From contig OX597825.1 of NCBI GenBank assembly GCA_951406725.2, forward strand, positions 13,578,001 to 13,642,000: a stretch of DNA of 64,000 nt, written 5' to 3'. This document shows, piece after piece, positions 25,631 through 38,765 of this stretch. The stretch comes from Octopus vulgaris (Eukaryota). Positions within the stretch are counted from its first letter, which is position 1. Every line of letters starts with the position of its first letter. The position numbers were made by a program, and so were the translations under genes. Below the pieces are notes generated by a model. The model was not told the DNA's origin, ran no database searches, and saw only the letters and a program-made list of their open reading frames with translations.

Positions 25631-26420
25631 TCTTCGCCACTTGCAAGAAAGCAACGCCTAAAGCATCGTAAAAAACAACAACAACAACAACAACAATAAC
25701 AAATAAAGCCAAATTAACAAAATGGTAAAACTAAAAAAAACCCAGAAATAACAAAAACGAAAAAAAAAACCCCAAAAAAAACAACATAGAACGAGTCTCA
25801 TTGCAAATATTGCTCATTCGTGCCAGAGTCTATTACAATTTGTTCTAATTTTAGCTGCTGTCTGCTGCCAATAAGCATTTCATTGAAGAATGCACTTTTC
25901 AGCCATGCTTCATTGACATATGAAAAGAGAGTCTGCAGAGCTTTAGAATCAGATTCAAAAAAAAAAAAGAAAAAAAGAAAAAAATGCAAATAACAAAATT
26001 GCAAAAATTAAATCAAAATAAAATAAAATAAACTACGGTGATTCGGAAACCTGGGTACTTAGGTACTCTGGTGCTAATATTATTCAGGTTATACGCTCAC
26101 ATGCATTGCTTCTCTCCCGGATGTTCAGTCACACTTGTGATTTTCGTGATTGTTGCTGTGGCTGCGTGGTTAAGAAGCTTGTTTTCCATCTCTGTGGTTT
26201 GTGGTTCAGTCCCACTGTGTGGCACCCTTGGGCTGACTGAAGTTTTGAGACTGAATTTGGTTGAGAAACTGAAAAGAAGCCCATTGCTGATAATATTTGG
26301 TAAAATCTGTTAAATGTTTTTTTTGCTTCAGTCGATCAATTGACTAATTGCGTCAATGGAACTACAAACACACCGTAAAATCAATGGGAGCTATATGCCT
26401 ATCAACTTACATTAGCGGTT

Positions 26421-26602
26421 CAGTTCTATATTTAAGAGATGAGGAATTATGTACATTATTTACATTATTTACGTTTGACAGAAATTTGTCCTCATTTTGT
26501 TTGTTGTTAACACAATGTTTCGGCTGATATATCCTCCAGCCTTCATCAGGTGTCTTGGGAGAAATTTCAAACCTGGATTCTCAATTCCTAAGGTATTTTC
26601 CA

Positions 26603-26639
<37 letters not shown>

Positions 26640-26814
26640 ATTATTATTATTATTATTATTATTAAAGTAACAACCTGGAATTGAACTTGGAATCTTGGGG
26701 TTAGTAGCCTGTGCTCTTAACCGCTATGCCATATGCCCAACAAACAAGATGATGACAAATATCCTTCAAATGTAAATAGTGGAAATAATTCCTCATCTCT
26801 TAAATATAGAACTG
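26421..26814 (-). mobile_element. tRNA-headed, hammerhead-tailed element with inverted terminal segment (family A)
   Basis: tRNA-like head 26738-26666, (AAT/AAC)n spacer, HHR 26509-26554, inverted arms 26421-26505/26739-26814. Confidence 0.75.
26509..26554 (-). ncRNA. Minimal type-I hammerhead ribozyme motif (family A)
   Basis: GACAC-CUGAUGA-A-GGCUGG[AGGAUAUA]UCAGCC-GAAAC-AUU-GUGUU. Confidence 0.7.
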
Positions 26815-27509
26815 TATTATACTGGATGATGATGATTATTTGTGTTTTCTTGTATATCATTCCATGGAAACCTACCATATTAATTTGGTAATGCAACCAT
26901 AGATTTACAAAGTCAACTGCTGATGGTCTTCAACTTTGCAACTTGCTTTTGGATTACCTGGAGATATATACCAATCAGCAAACCTTTTGTTAGTCAGGTA
27001 TATTTGTAAGAGCAGAGAGCTTAAGAAGTATTTTCCTAGACTGATAATCTCTTCTTGATAGCTTTTTATTCTGATATTGTGTGCTTTGTGTGTGTGTATG
27101 TGTGTGTGTGTGTGAATGTGTGAGTGTATGTGTGTGTCAGTAGTGTGTGTATGCATATGCATGTGTGTGTTTGTGTCTCTTTGTGTCTGTTTGACATCGC
27201 ATGATTGTTATAAATAAATGTCATTCATTTCCAATGTTCTGCAAAAACATGTCTGGCCTTCGAGAAATATTACTTGGGACACAGACGAGGGGTAGTGACA
27301 GGAAGAGCATCTGGTTGAAGAAAATCTGCCTCCATAAACTCTGTTCTTCTTGTGCAAGCATGAAAAACTGGATATTAAAATGATGATGATGATGATGATG
27401 AAAGTGATTAATGAGTGATGATGATGATGATTAATCAATGTGTGTCTATAACTTTTCATTTTCCTTTCTTCATACGTGTTTTTTTTTTTTTGGTTTTGGA
27501 TTCATATAT

Positions 27510-28557
27510 CGAAATCGATCAACATCAATGGAAATTATAGCTGTGATACCAGTACTGGTGGCACGTAAGAGAACCATCTGAACGTGGCCGTTGCCAGTGC
27601 TGCCCCGACTGGCTTCCGTGCCGGTGGTACGTAAAAAGCACCATCCGATCATGGCCGTTGCCAACCTCGCTTGGCCTCCATGCCAGTGGCACATAAAAAG
27701 TACCATCCAATCGTGGCCGTTTGCCAGCCTCGTCTGGCACCTGTGTCGGTGGTACGTAAAAAGCACCATCCGATCATAGCCATTGCCAACCTCGCTTGGC
27801 CTCCATGCCAGTGGCACATAAAAAGTACCATCCAATCGTGGCCGTTTGCCAGCCTCGTCTGGCACCTGTGTCGGTGGCATGTAGCACCATCCGATCATGG
27901 CCATTGCCAACCTCGCTTGGCCTCCATGCCAGTGGCACATAAAAAGTACCATCCAATCGTGGCCGTTTGCCAGCCTCGTCTGGCACCTGTGTCGGTGGCA
28001 TGTAAAAAGCACCATCCGATCATGGCCATTGCCAACCTCGCTTGGCCTCCATGCCAGTGGCACATAAAAAGTACCATCCAATCGTGGCCGTTTGCCAGCC
28101 TCGTCTGGCACCTGTGTCGGTGGTACGTAAAAAGCACCATCCGATCATGGCCGTTGCCAACCTCGCTTGGCCTCCATGCCAGTGGCACATAAAAAGTACC
28201 ATCCAATTGTGGCCGTTTGCCAGCCTCGTCTGGCACCTGTGTCGGTGGTACGTAAAAAGCACCATCCGATCATGGCCGTTGCCAACCTCGCTTGGCCTCC
28301 ATGCCAGTGGCACATAAAAAGTACCATCCAATTGTGGCCGTTTGCCAGCCTCGTCTGGCACCTGTGTCGGTGGCATGTAAAAAGCACCCACTACACTCAC
28401 GGAGTGGTTGGCGTTAGGAAGGGCATCCAGCTGTAGAAATATTGCCAGATCAGACTGGGCCTGGTGCAGCCTTCTGGCTTCCCAGACCCCAGTTGAACTG
28501 TCCAACCCATGCCAGCATGGAGGACGGACGCTAAATGATGATGATGATGATGATGAT
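27510..28557 (+). mobile_element. Meta-domain-like SINE with expanded internal 125-bp array
   Basis: Six 125-bp units starting 27631, 27756, 27881 (121 bp), 28002, 28127, 28252; (ATG)n tail. Confidence 0.9.
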
Positions 28558-28757
28558 TTTAATGCAGTTTTGTTACTATAAATAAATAGAAGGTTTGAAA
28601 AGAGAGAAAAGCAACAAAACTAAACAAAAACAATAAGTACTGAGGTCAATGCCTTCGACTACTCATTCTTCAAGGTGGTGCCCCAGCATGACCACTGTCA
28701 AATGGCTGAAACAACTAACAGTTAAAATATGAGAGATACAATATTTATATATGTATT

Positions 28758-29146
28758 GCAGGCGTGGATATGTGGTAAGAAGCATGGTGCACAACCATAT
28801 GGTTCTGGGATCAGTTCTACTGCATGGCACCTTGGGCAAGTGTCTTCTACTATAGCCACGGGCCGACCAATGCCTTGTGAGTGGATTTGGTAGACGGAAA
28901 CTGAAAGAAGCCTGTCGTATATATGTATATATATATGTGTGTGTATGTGTTTGTCCCCCTAGCATTGCTTGACAACTGATGCTGGTTTGTTTACATCCCC
29001 GTCACTTAGCGGTTCGGCAAAAGAGACCGATAGAATAAGTACTAGGCTTACAAAGAATAAGTCCCAGGGTCGATTTGCTTGACTAAAGGCGGTGCTCCAG
29101 CATGGCCGCAGTCAAATGACTGAAACAAGTAAAAGAGAAAAAGAGA

Positions 29147-29147
<1 letters not shown>
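28758..29147 (+). mobile_element. CORE-like SINE, full length
   Basis: Family homology. Confidence 0.85.
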
Positions 29148-29188
<41 letters not shown>

Positions 29189-29499
29189 ATACATATATAT
29201 ACATACATATACATATATATACATGGAAGAACAGGTAGATGGTCTTCATTTCTGAGGTGTTATTCTTTAATGAGAAGAGACATAGAATGTAAGAAATATT
29301 TTTATTGATTGTTGTTAGAATTGATTTCTTTCTGAATGTAGATCTTTAACATAAGGTCAGCTCACACCATGGGGCCATTAGGAGTGTCTTGGCATTCTAT
29401 AAATAGGAAAAAAAAAATGCAGAATATATTGGAATACTTTTGATATATATTCAATTAAATACACACATACATGCTCACACACGTAGATTGAAATATGTG

Positions 29500-29950
<451 letters not shown>

Positions 29951-31025
29951 GTGGAGACGCATACAAGTATATCTACATCAACTAAATTGATGGGTTATTT
30001 TTTTTTTCGAAAACAACCTTAAACTGTAGACTCAAAGTCACAAGACAATAGAAAGTAGACTCTTCACCTCTTCGTCATCACATCATCATTATCGTCATAA
30101 ACATTACCATCACCACCACCACCACCACCACCACAACCACCATCAGCACCACCACCATCATCATCATCATCATCTATGTTTACAATTATACATTTTTGAG
30201 CATGTGCCATATATATATATACTCTCCAATTTCTTTGAAACATTGAAGTGGTCTTCTTTTTCTTAATGCTTTCCCATTGTCAAACATACTTGTATATGCA
30301 TATTGATATGTGTGTGTGAGTGTGTGTGCATATGTTGTGTGTGTCTGTGTGTGTGTTAGTACATCCCCACCATCACCACCACCTCCACTTAATAACCGGT
30401 GTTGGTTTATTTATGTCCCAGTAACTGGACAGTTTAAGAAAAGAGTTTAATCGAACAGGTACCAAGTTTTAATAATAAGCAACAGGGGTCAATTTCTTCC
30501 GTCTAACCGTTCATGGCCGTGCTCCAGCAGGGCCACAACCATATCACTGAAACAAATGTAAGATGAAAGGTATGTCTGACAAGGTTTTGTTTTAAATGAC
30601 AAATATGGATTCTTTCATCGTTGCATGAAAGGGAGATTTTCATTTGTTTTCCCAGTTGGTAAACAATTCTATTTTTAAGCCCTCACCTATTCTGGAGTCT
30701 CTTGTTTTTTTTTGGTTTTTGTTCAGCCTGGTAAACCAAGACAAATAGTTAAATACTTGCTCAGAGGCACAACATAACGACTGCTGTAAAATTAGAACTT
30801 ATCGTCCTAAGACTGTAACCTGATATTAGTTGCTCAGTTCGTTATCTCATTGCTATTATTCGTCAAGATTTGTTGAACATTTTGAAAAGAAAGGGTTACG
30901 GTTTTGTTTCTTTTTTTATCATTTTTTTTTTTGCAACATCCTTCATCAACGACTGCTCCATCAGCTGAAACAAGCTACTTAAGGTTTCAAATATTATGAA
31001 AGTGATTCATCAGTACTTGAAACAT

Positions 31026-31420
31026 AGGCGTAGGAGTGGCTGTGTGGTGAGTAGCTTGCTTACCAACCACATGGTTCCGGGTTCAGTCCCACTGCGTGGC
31101 ACCTTGGGCAAGTGTCTTCTACTATAGCCTCGGGCCGACCAAAGCCTTGTGAGTGGATTTGGTAGACGGAAACTGAAAGAAGCCCGTCGTATATATGTAT
31201 ATGTATGTGTGTGTTTGTGTTTCCCCCCAACATCACTTGACAACCGATGCTGGTGTGTTTATGTCACAACTTAGCGGTTCGGCAAAAGAGACTGATAGAA
31301 TAAGTACTAGGCTTATAAAGAATAAGTCCAGGGTCAATTTGCTTGACTAAAGGCAGTGCTCCAGCATGGCCACAGTCAAATGACTGAAACAAGTAAAAGA
31401 GTAAAAGAGTAAAAGAGTAA
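31026..31420 (+). mobile_element. CORE-like SINE, full length, young
   Basis: Intact head and (GTAAAAGA)n tail. Confidence 0.9.
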
Positions 31421-32154
31421 GTGATTAAATTGGTAATATAGTTTCTTTAGATTATTCGCCAATCAAAGAAATGTCACTCATAACAAAAAAAAATAATAAT
31501 ATTAATAAAATAACTCGTTAATTATCATGAGATAATTTTCAAAAACCTTTTGTTGTTTGGTTTCTAAATTATTTGTGAATTAAAGAAATGTCATTCACAA
31601 AATTATCCATTTCTGTTTTAATGTCAGATGGCTAATTGTTTAGCAAATTAAGTGAATGGCAATTGCAGCTGCATGGACTACTATTAGCCAATTTTTTTAT
31701 ATGCTTTCTGTGTCAAAGTGATTAGGTTTTTACGTGTCCCTTTTCCATATCATTTAACTCTTAAGCATTCAGATATTTCTGTCAAATGTAATGTTTATTT
31801 ATTCGCATTGTTCTGAATTAATCAAGTATTATTTTGTTAATTTGAGATTCTTTGATGTGATTGTATGTTTTTAGAATGACATTGTAGGGTTGGTGTGAGA
31901 GGCAAGATCTAGCCAGTCTGAATATAAAAACAGGCAGAATATTTTGGCCAGATATGATCGGTTTGAATGCTAAGGATTTAACCAGTACATTGTAGGACTA
32001 GTCACAGTGCTGGAGGAACTCTTGATCCCTTAACATTGGAACCGGCCATATCTGGCCAAAATATTCTAGTGAGAATTTACAAAAAACAAAAGACGAAGAC
32101 GGGTGTGTAAACAACAAACAGATGCATTAGTTTAATGCTTGGGAAGTGAGAAAG

Positions 32155-32192
32155 TCCTTTATGTTTCGAGCCTACGCTCTTCGACAGAAAGA
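32155..32192 (-). ncRNA. Minimal hammerhead motif (family B1) in element 32069-32267
   Basis: UCUUU-CUGUCGA-A-GAGC[GUAG]GCUC-GAAAC-AUA-AAGGA; element flanked by TATTCTA direct repeat inside a MITE. Confidence 0.5.
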
Positions 32193-32358
32193 AACACAGA
32201 AATAAACAGGTAGAGAAAATAAAATGGGCAGAGAAAATAAAAAAGGCTTAATGGATAGGGATCTATCTATTCTACCTGTTTTATGTTCAAACTGATCAGA
32301 TCTGGCCCTTCACACCTACCCTACAATATCATTCTAGATATTAACAGTTAAATATTAA

Positions 32359-32978
32359 CAGGTGTAGGAGCGGCTGTGTGGTAAGTAGCTTGCTTACGAA
32401 CCACATGGTTCCAGGTTCAGTCCCACTGCATGGCACCTTGGGCAAGTGTCTTCTACTATAGCCTCGGGCCAACCAAAGCATTGTGAGTGGATTTGGTAGA
32501 TGGAAACTAGAAAGCGGTGAGCTGGCAGAATCGTTAGCACACCGGGCGAAATGCTTAACGGTATTTCATCTGTCTTTACATTCTGAGTTCAAATTCCACC
32601 GAGGTCGACTTTGCCTTTCATCCTGTCAGGGTCAATAAATTAAGTACCAGTTATACGCTGGAGTCGATGTAATCGACTTAACCCCTTTGTCTGTCCTTGT
32701 TTGTCCCCTCTATGTTTAGCCCCTTGTGGGCAATAAAGAAATAGGAAACTGAAAGAAGCTCATATATTTGTGTGTCTGCATTTGTCCCCTCAACATCACT
32801 TGACAACCAATGCTGGTATGCTTATCTCCCCGTAACTTAGCGGTTTGGCAAAAGAGACTGATAGAATAAGTAAGAGGCTTACAAAGAATAAGTCCTGGGG
32901 TCGATTTGCTCGACTGAAGGCTGTGCTCCAGCATGGGCACAATGAAATGACTGAAACAAGTAAAAGAGTAAAAGAGAG
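32359..32978 (+). mobile_element. CORE-like SINE with nested Nin/Deu-like SINE (32513-32743)
   Basis: Host resumes at GGAAACT after the insert. Confidence 0.85.
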
Positions 32979-33445
32979 TTATTTTGTAAAAATCTAAACG
33001 GCACTCAGAGCAAGCTTCAAAATTGTAACCCGCTTCTCCCAACCAAAAAGTAGTACATGCATTTTGTGAGGTCAAGTAAGAATGCTTATTCTGTTCAGTA
33101 GTGTTGTGGATGGTGACAAGCAAACTAAACCATGCCAGAAAAGATTAAAAGAATTTTTTTTTAATTGCTCGATAAGAAAATGAGCTTGGCCAAAATTGCA
33201 CCCCAACTCAAAGTACCACCCAGGGCATGTGCTCTGCTTGCCCCACCCTAGCTATGCACCTGATTATGAGATAAGCAAATTAGAAAATAGTAATTTGATT
33301 GATTCCCAAAAATAGAAATACATCTGTAAGTGGAACTTCTCTCAATTTGAGAAAATATTTGAATTTTCAGTGCTATACTAAAAATAAATCCCTGACAAGC
33401 AATTATGAAATGAATGAGTGCATCATGTTATGAAATATACCCACA

Positions 33446-33914
33446 GGCATATGGCATAGTGGTTAAGAGCGCGGGCTACTAACCCCAAGATTCCGAGTTC
33501 GTTTCCAGGCAGTGACCTGAATGATAATAATAATAATTATTATAATAATAATTGGCAGAAACGTTAGCACGCCGAGCGAAATGCCAAGTGGTATTTCATC
33601 TGCTGTATATGTGCTGAGGTCAAATTCCGCTGCGGTCGACTTTACCTTTCATCCTTTTGGGGTCGATTAAATAAGTACCAGTTAATCACTGGGGTTGATG
33701 TAATCAAAAACTTAATCCCATCGTCTGTCCTTGTTTGTCCCCTGTGGGCAATAAAGAAATAAAATAATAATAACATCGAAACATACCTTTAGGAAGGAGA
33801 ACCCAAGTTCGAAATTTCCCCAGGACACCTGATGAAGGCTGGAGGCTATATCAGCCGAAAGGTTATGTTAACAACAAACAAAATGAGGACAAATATCCAT
33901 CAAATGTAAATAAT
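33446..33914 (+). mobile_element. Second family-A element, interrupted by a Nin/Deu-like SINE (33553-33761)
   Basis: A box TGGCATAGTGG, GGG-CTACTAA-CCC anticodon-like arm, B box GAGTTCGTTTCC; HHR 33824-33869. Confidence 0.75.
33824..33869 (+). ncRNA. Minimal hammerhead motif (family A), mutated stem III
   Basis: GACAC-CUGAUGA-A-GGCUGG[AGGCUAUA]UCAGCC-GAAAG-GUU-AUGUU. Confidence 0.6.
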
Positions 33915-34227
33915 ATTTATGAACTACTTGTTGTAGAAGTATGTCTTCTTGGTAAATGTTAATCAATTCTGTTGATGTGGAATGGAAACTTGAAGAACTG
34001 ACACCTTTTTCAAGGTCAAGCTACTGATCAGCAACAACTGTTCTTATGGGTGATTCCCAATATATATGATAGCACACACGTGTGCATGCATACACACACA
34101 CATGCACCAACACACACACACGCACAGAAGATATCTTTTAGAATAAGCAATGTACTAAAGTGGCTTCCCTTAAACAGCCAATAAATCTATATCTATCTAT
34201 CTCTCTATCTCTCTCTCTATCTATCTT

Positions 34228-34322
<95 letters not shown>

Positions 34323-34421
34323 GTCTGTCTGTCTGTTTGTCTCTATATAAATACATATATCTATATGTATATATATATATGTAAATATGAAAATATATAT
34401 ACATACACACACACACATATA

Positions 34422-34469
<48 letters not shown>

Positions 34470-35384
34470 TACATACACACACAGACACACACATGCACAC
34501 ACGGACACATGCACACGCGCACGCACACACATTGTGTATCTTTGCCTATTCTCCAGACTGTGCTTTATGAAACGGACAAATCACAAACCAGCTGACGAAA
34601 AAATTAAGATAGAAATATTAAAAAAAGACAAACCCCAAAACAAAAAAAAAATGTTAGTTCCGCCTTTTCGGAATATTGATGATTCTTGCAATTTCGCAGA
34701 AAGACTAATGAAAGTTATTTCTATCAAATATTAAAAAAATAATAATAATAATAAATAAATAAATAAATAAAATCAAAGATAACAAAATCAAAACAAAAAC
34801 ACACACAAAAGAAACAAAATAGTTGCCATTATAAATTCTCAAACTCTTTTTGTTTTAAATTTTTTTTATTAAATATTTTCATTTTCAATTTTTTTTTTTC
34901 TAAACTTTTTTCTTTTGATGGATTTTCTTTAAGTAATTATGTTTCTCCTTTCTTTGAAAATGTTTCTAAGAATCTTCTTCTTGGCCTTAATAGTTAAAAC
35001 TAGACACTTTAAATTGATTTCTTACTCTCTCTTCTTCTTCTTCTTCATCGTCACTTTCTTTAATTCTTCCTCCTTCTCCATCTCCTTTCCTCCTTCATCT
35101 CTTCCTCTTCTTGAACACTCCGGCTTTATTATTCTCTTTTCTCACCACTAAAACTCATTCTTTTATTTTCTTCTCTCCTATTCTCATATCACTTCCTTAT
35201 TTCATTCACTCACATCATCTCTCTCTCTCTCTCTTTCTCTCTTTTATTATGTAGTTTTCTCTCTTTCCTTGTTTTACTCCCTCTTTCTTCATCCTCTTCC
35301 TACTCCTCCCTCTAATCTTACTCTCCCTATCACGGCCTCTCTTGATATCCCCGCCCCTCTTTTATATTTCCCTTCTGCCTTAAT

Positions 35385-37033
35385 GTAGGTGTGTATATAG
35401 ACGTGTGTGAATCTGTGTGTAAGCGTCTATGTGTGTGTTTGTGTAGGCATATGTGTGTGTGTGTGTGCATGTGTGAGTGTATGTCTAAGTGTGTATGTAC
35501 ATTTGCATGTCTGTGATTGTGTGTCTGTTAGTGTAGACATATGTGTGTGTTTGTGTGTGCATGTGTGTGTATAAGTGTGTATGTGTAAGTTTATGTATCT
35601 GTATGTACATTTGTATATGTGTGATTGTGCGTGTGTGTTTGTGTGCATGTGTGTATGCACATGTGTGTGTTTGTGCGTGAATGTGTGTGTATGTATGTGC
35701 TTATGTATCTGTGTGTACATGTGTATGTGTGTGTTTGTTTGGGCATATGTGTGTGATTGTGTATCTATGTGCATGTGTGTGTGTGCATGCACATGTGTAT
35801 GTGGGTGATTGTTTGGGCATATGTGTGTGTGTGTGTGCGTTTGTATTTGTGTGCATGTGTATGCATGCACATGTGTGTGTTTGTGTGTGCAGGTGTGTGT
35901 ATGTGTAAGTGTGAATGTGTATGTTTATGTACGTATATGCACATGTGTGTGTGTTTGTGTGTATGTGTGTGTGTATGTGTGTGTGTTTGCCTGTGTTTGT
36001 ATGCATGTTTGTGTGTGTTTGTGAGCGTGTGTATATTTGTATGTGTGTGTATGCATGTATTTGCATGCATGGATGTATGTGTTTGTGAGCATGTGTGTAT
36101 TTGTATGTGTGTGTGATGCATGTGTTTGTATGCATGGTTATATGCATCTGTGTGCATGTGTGTATTTGTATATGTATTTGTGTGTGCTTGTGAGCATATA
36201 TGTGTTTATGTGCATGTATATGTGTGTGTGTTTGTGTACACATGTGTGTTTGTGTAGAGATGTGTGCATATCTATGTACGCCTGCGAAATTGCGAAATGC
36301 TAAATACACGCATTTTAATTTTCAATTGATTTCCCTCATTTTAGCAAAGCACTTTTGGATGATTGCTGTCAGAAAAATATAGCACCACCTTAACGAGTAC
36401 ACCTACGCGCACACCTGCATACATGTACAGTAATACAAACACAAACACACAAAAGAAAGTCTTAATTAAGGCTCATTTCTATGCATTATAATCAACAAAT
36501 AATTTTTTTTAGTGGACAAGACGTTTGTTATGTAAATGTGTCTATAAGAGCAGTTAGTTAAAAAGGAATAATATATATATTTGTATACATGTATATATAT
36601 ATGTACATATATACCTATGTTGTATATTTGTGTATATATGTATATATATAAATGTACATAGACACACACACACATATATATATATATGCATAAATTTATG
36701 TATATTTGTATGTATGTATATGTATTTATGCATAATTATACCTATGGAGTGTAAATATATATATGTGTGTGTGTATTGTATATATATGTGTAAGAATGTG
36801 TACGTATATATATGTATGTATGTGTGTGATTGTATGTATATGTGTAAATGTATGTGTGTGCATATATGTATAAAAGTATGCATGTATATGTATACATATA
36901 CCTATGTAAAATAAATACATATGCGTAAATGTATGTATCTATATGTATGTATATATGTGCATATATATATACATATATGCATGTATATGTATATACATAT
37001 ATATGTATACATATACTTGTGTTGTATAAATAA

Positions 37034-37068
<35 letters not shown>

Positions 37069-37380
37069 TGTATGTGTAATGTATATCACACATATATCTA
37101 TATATATATATATCTATGTATATGAATATATATATGCATATATGTGTATATATATGTATATATATTTATATAATTATATATATATATGTTTGTGTGTGTG
37201 TGTATGTGTATATATGTGTGTGTGTGTACGTATGTGTGAATAAATATACATATATGTATACATACATATGTGTATGTGTGTATATATATGTGTGTGTATG
37301 CATATGTATGTTTATATCCAGGTGTGTGTATGTGTGTATGTATGTGTATATGTATGTATATCTACATGTTTGTATGCATA
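35385..37380. repeat. Two degenerate (TG)/(TA) tracts (35385-36280, 36580-37380)
   Basis: Read directly. Confidence 0.9.
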
Positions 37381-37521
37381 AAAAATAAACGAACGTCCAT
37401 CCATATTTGCTAATTTCACTTAAGTACCTGCACAAAGCGAGTGGGCCTGGAAGAGACGCAAAAGGGAAAAATAAAAGGAGAGAAAAAGGAAACGAAACGG
37501 CTAAAAAAGTTTTTAAAAAAA

Positions 37522-37552
<31 letters not shown>

Positions 37553-38556
37553 TAAAAAAATAAAAAAAATAAAAGTGAAATAAAAGCCATGATGGAAACC
37601 AAAATTAAAACAAAGGAAAAATAACAAACAAATATTGATGAAACTGATAAAAAAAAATTTAAACGAACCAAAACTGCAAACAAACCTCGTTAGGTGTTTT
37701 AGAAGAAATGAATATCAAGATCCAAGATTTTTGAAATGTTGAGAAATTCTTTGGTAATTAGAATGGTTGAACACTAAAACATTGAATTGTTTGGGAATGT
37801 GTGGGAGGAAGATGAGGAGAGGGAAGCCGTGGGGGTGGGGCAAATATTTTGTTTGTTGTTGTAGAATGTTTTGTTATGTTGTATCTTTTGTTTTGTATTT
37901 GTTTTGTTATAAGGCTGCTCCCATGCTGGGGCATCATCGCCTAGAAGAATTTTTTTGGGGGGGGGGTTTGTTGAATGAATTGAATTGAACCCTTGGTTTA
38001 TGTGTTTACATGTTTTTTTTTAAGTGTGGTACTTGATCTATCGGTCATTTTTGCTGAAGCGCTAAGTTACTGGAATGTAGACACATCGATGTCACTTGTC
38101 AAATAGTGTTAGGGGATAAACACAAAGACACACACACATACAAACATATACACAAACATACACACACCACACTACACAAATACAAAAACACAATGACACA
38201 TAAACACTCAAGCACAAACATACACACACAAATACATATACACACACACACACACACCACATACAAATACATATACACAGACACAAATACAGATACACAA
38301 ACATACACACACACACACCACTCACATAATTGTTGATGGAAATGGAAAATGGATTTAGCATGAATCTTCATTGAATGCGATGATCATTTCGCCCCATCCT
38401 GCAGCTGTCTTTTACGAGCAGGATATTGTACACCAAATTGCATCAATCACTGGATGACACCAGGTTCCCCAAATGGTCAATGGGTTTTAACCAGCATATA
38501 AATATACTTATACCCAAAGTCCAAATAATTACTTATGTATATATGTATGTATGTAT

Positions 38557-38765
38557 AATGTAACCACATGTGTATCGTTGGCGATTTTTTTTCCTCCGTC
38601 TTCCCTTCCTTGGATCTTTCCTTTTCCTATGTTTCTGATGAAGAGCTCCGCTCGAAACGTTAAATCCTCCTTCTTTCTTTCCTTTCCTGAGTGTCCAATA
38701 ACACTATACTTGTTCCATGTCCTCCTGTTGCTGTGTTTTCTCTTTGTGTTTCATGTTTCGATTAT
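38557..38765 (+). mobile_element. ~210-bp PLE-like non-autonomous element (family B2)
   Basis: Colinear with 15001-15210 (-) and 53860-54410 (+); TA-rich flanks; contains an HHR. Confidence 0.7.
38631..38665 (+). ncRNA. Intact minimal type-I hammerhead ribozyme motif
   Basis: GUUU-CUGAUGA-A-GAGC[UCC]GCUC-GAAACGUU-AAAU; full core, palindromic ACGU stem III; predicted cleavage after 38661. Confidence 0.75.

Noticed and set aside
27631-28376. CRISPR-like repeat/spacer appearance
   Set aside because: Intervening segments repeat identically, the array is internal to a SINE, the DNA is eukaryotic and there are no cas genes
33446-33520. Functional tRNA gene
   Set aside because: No acceptor stem closure or T-run terminator; it is a SINE-type head
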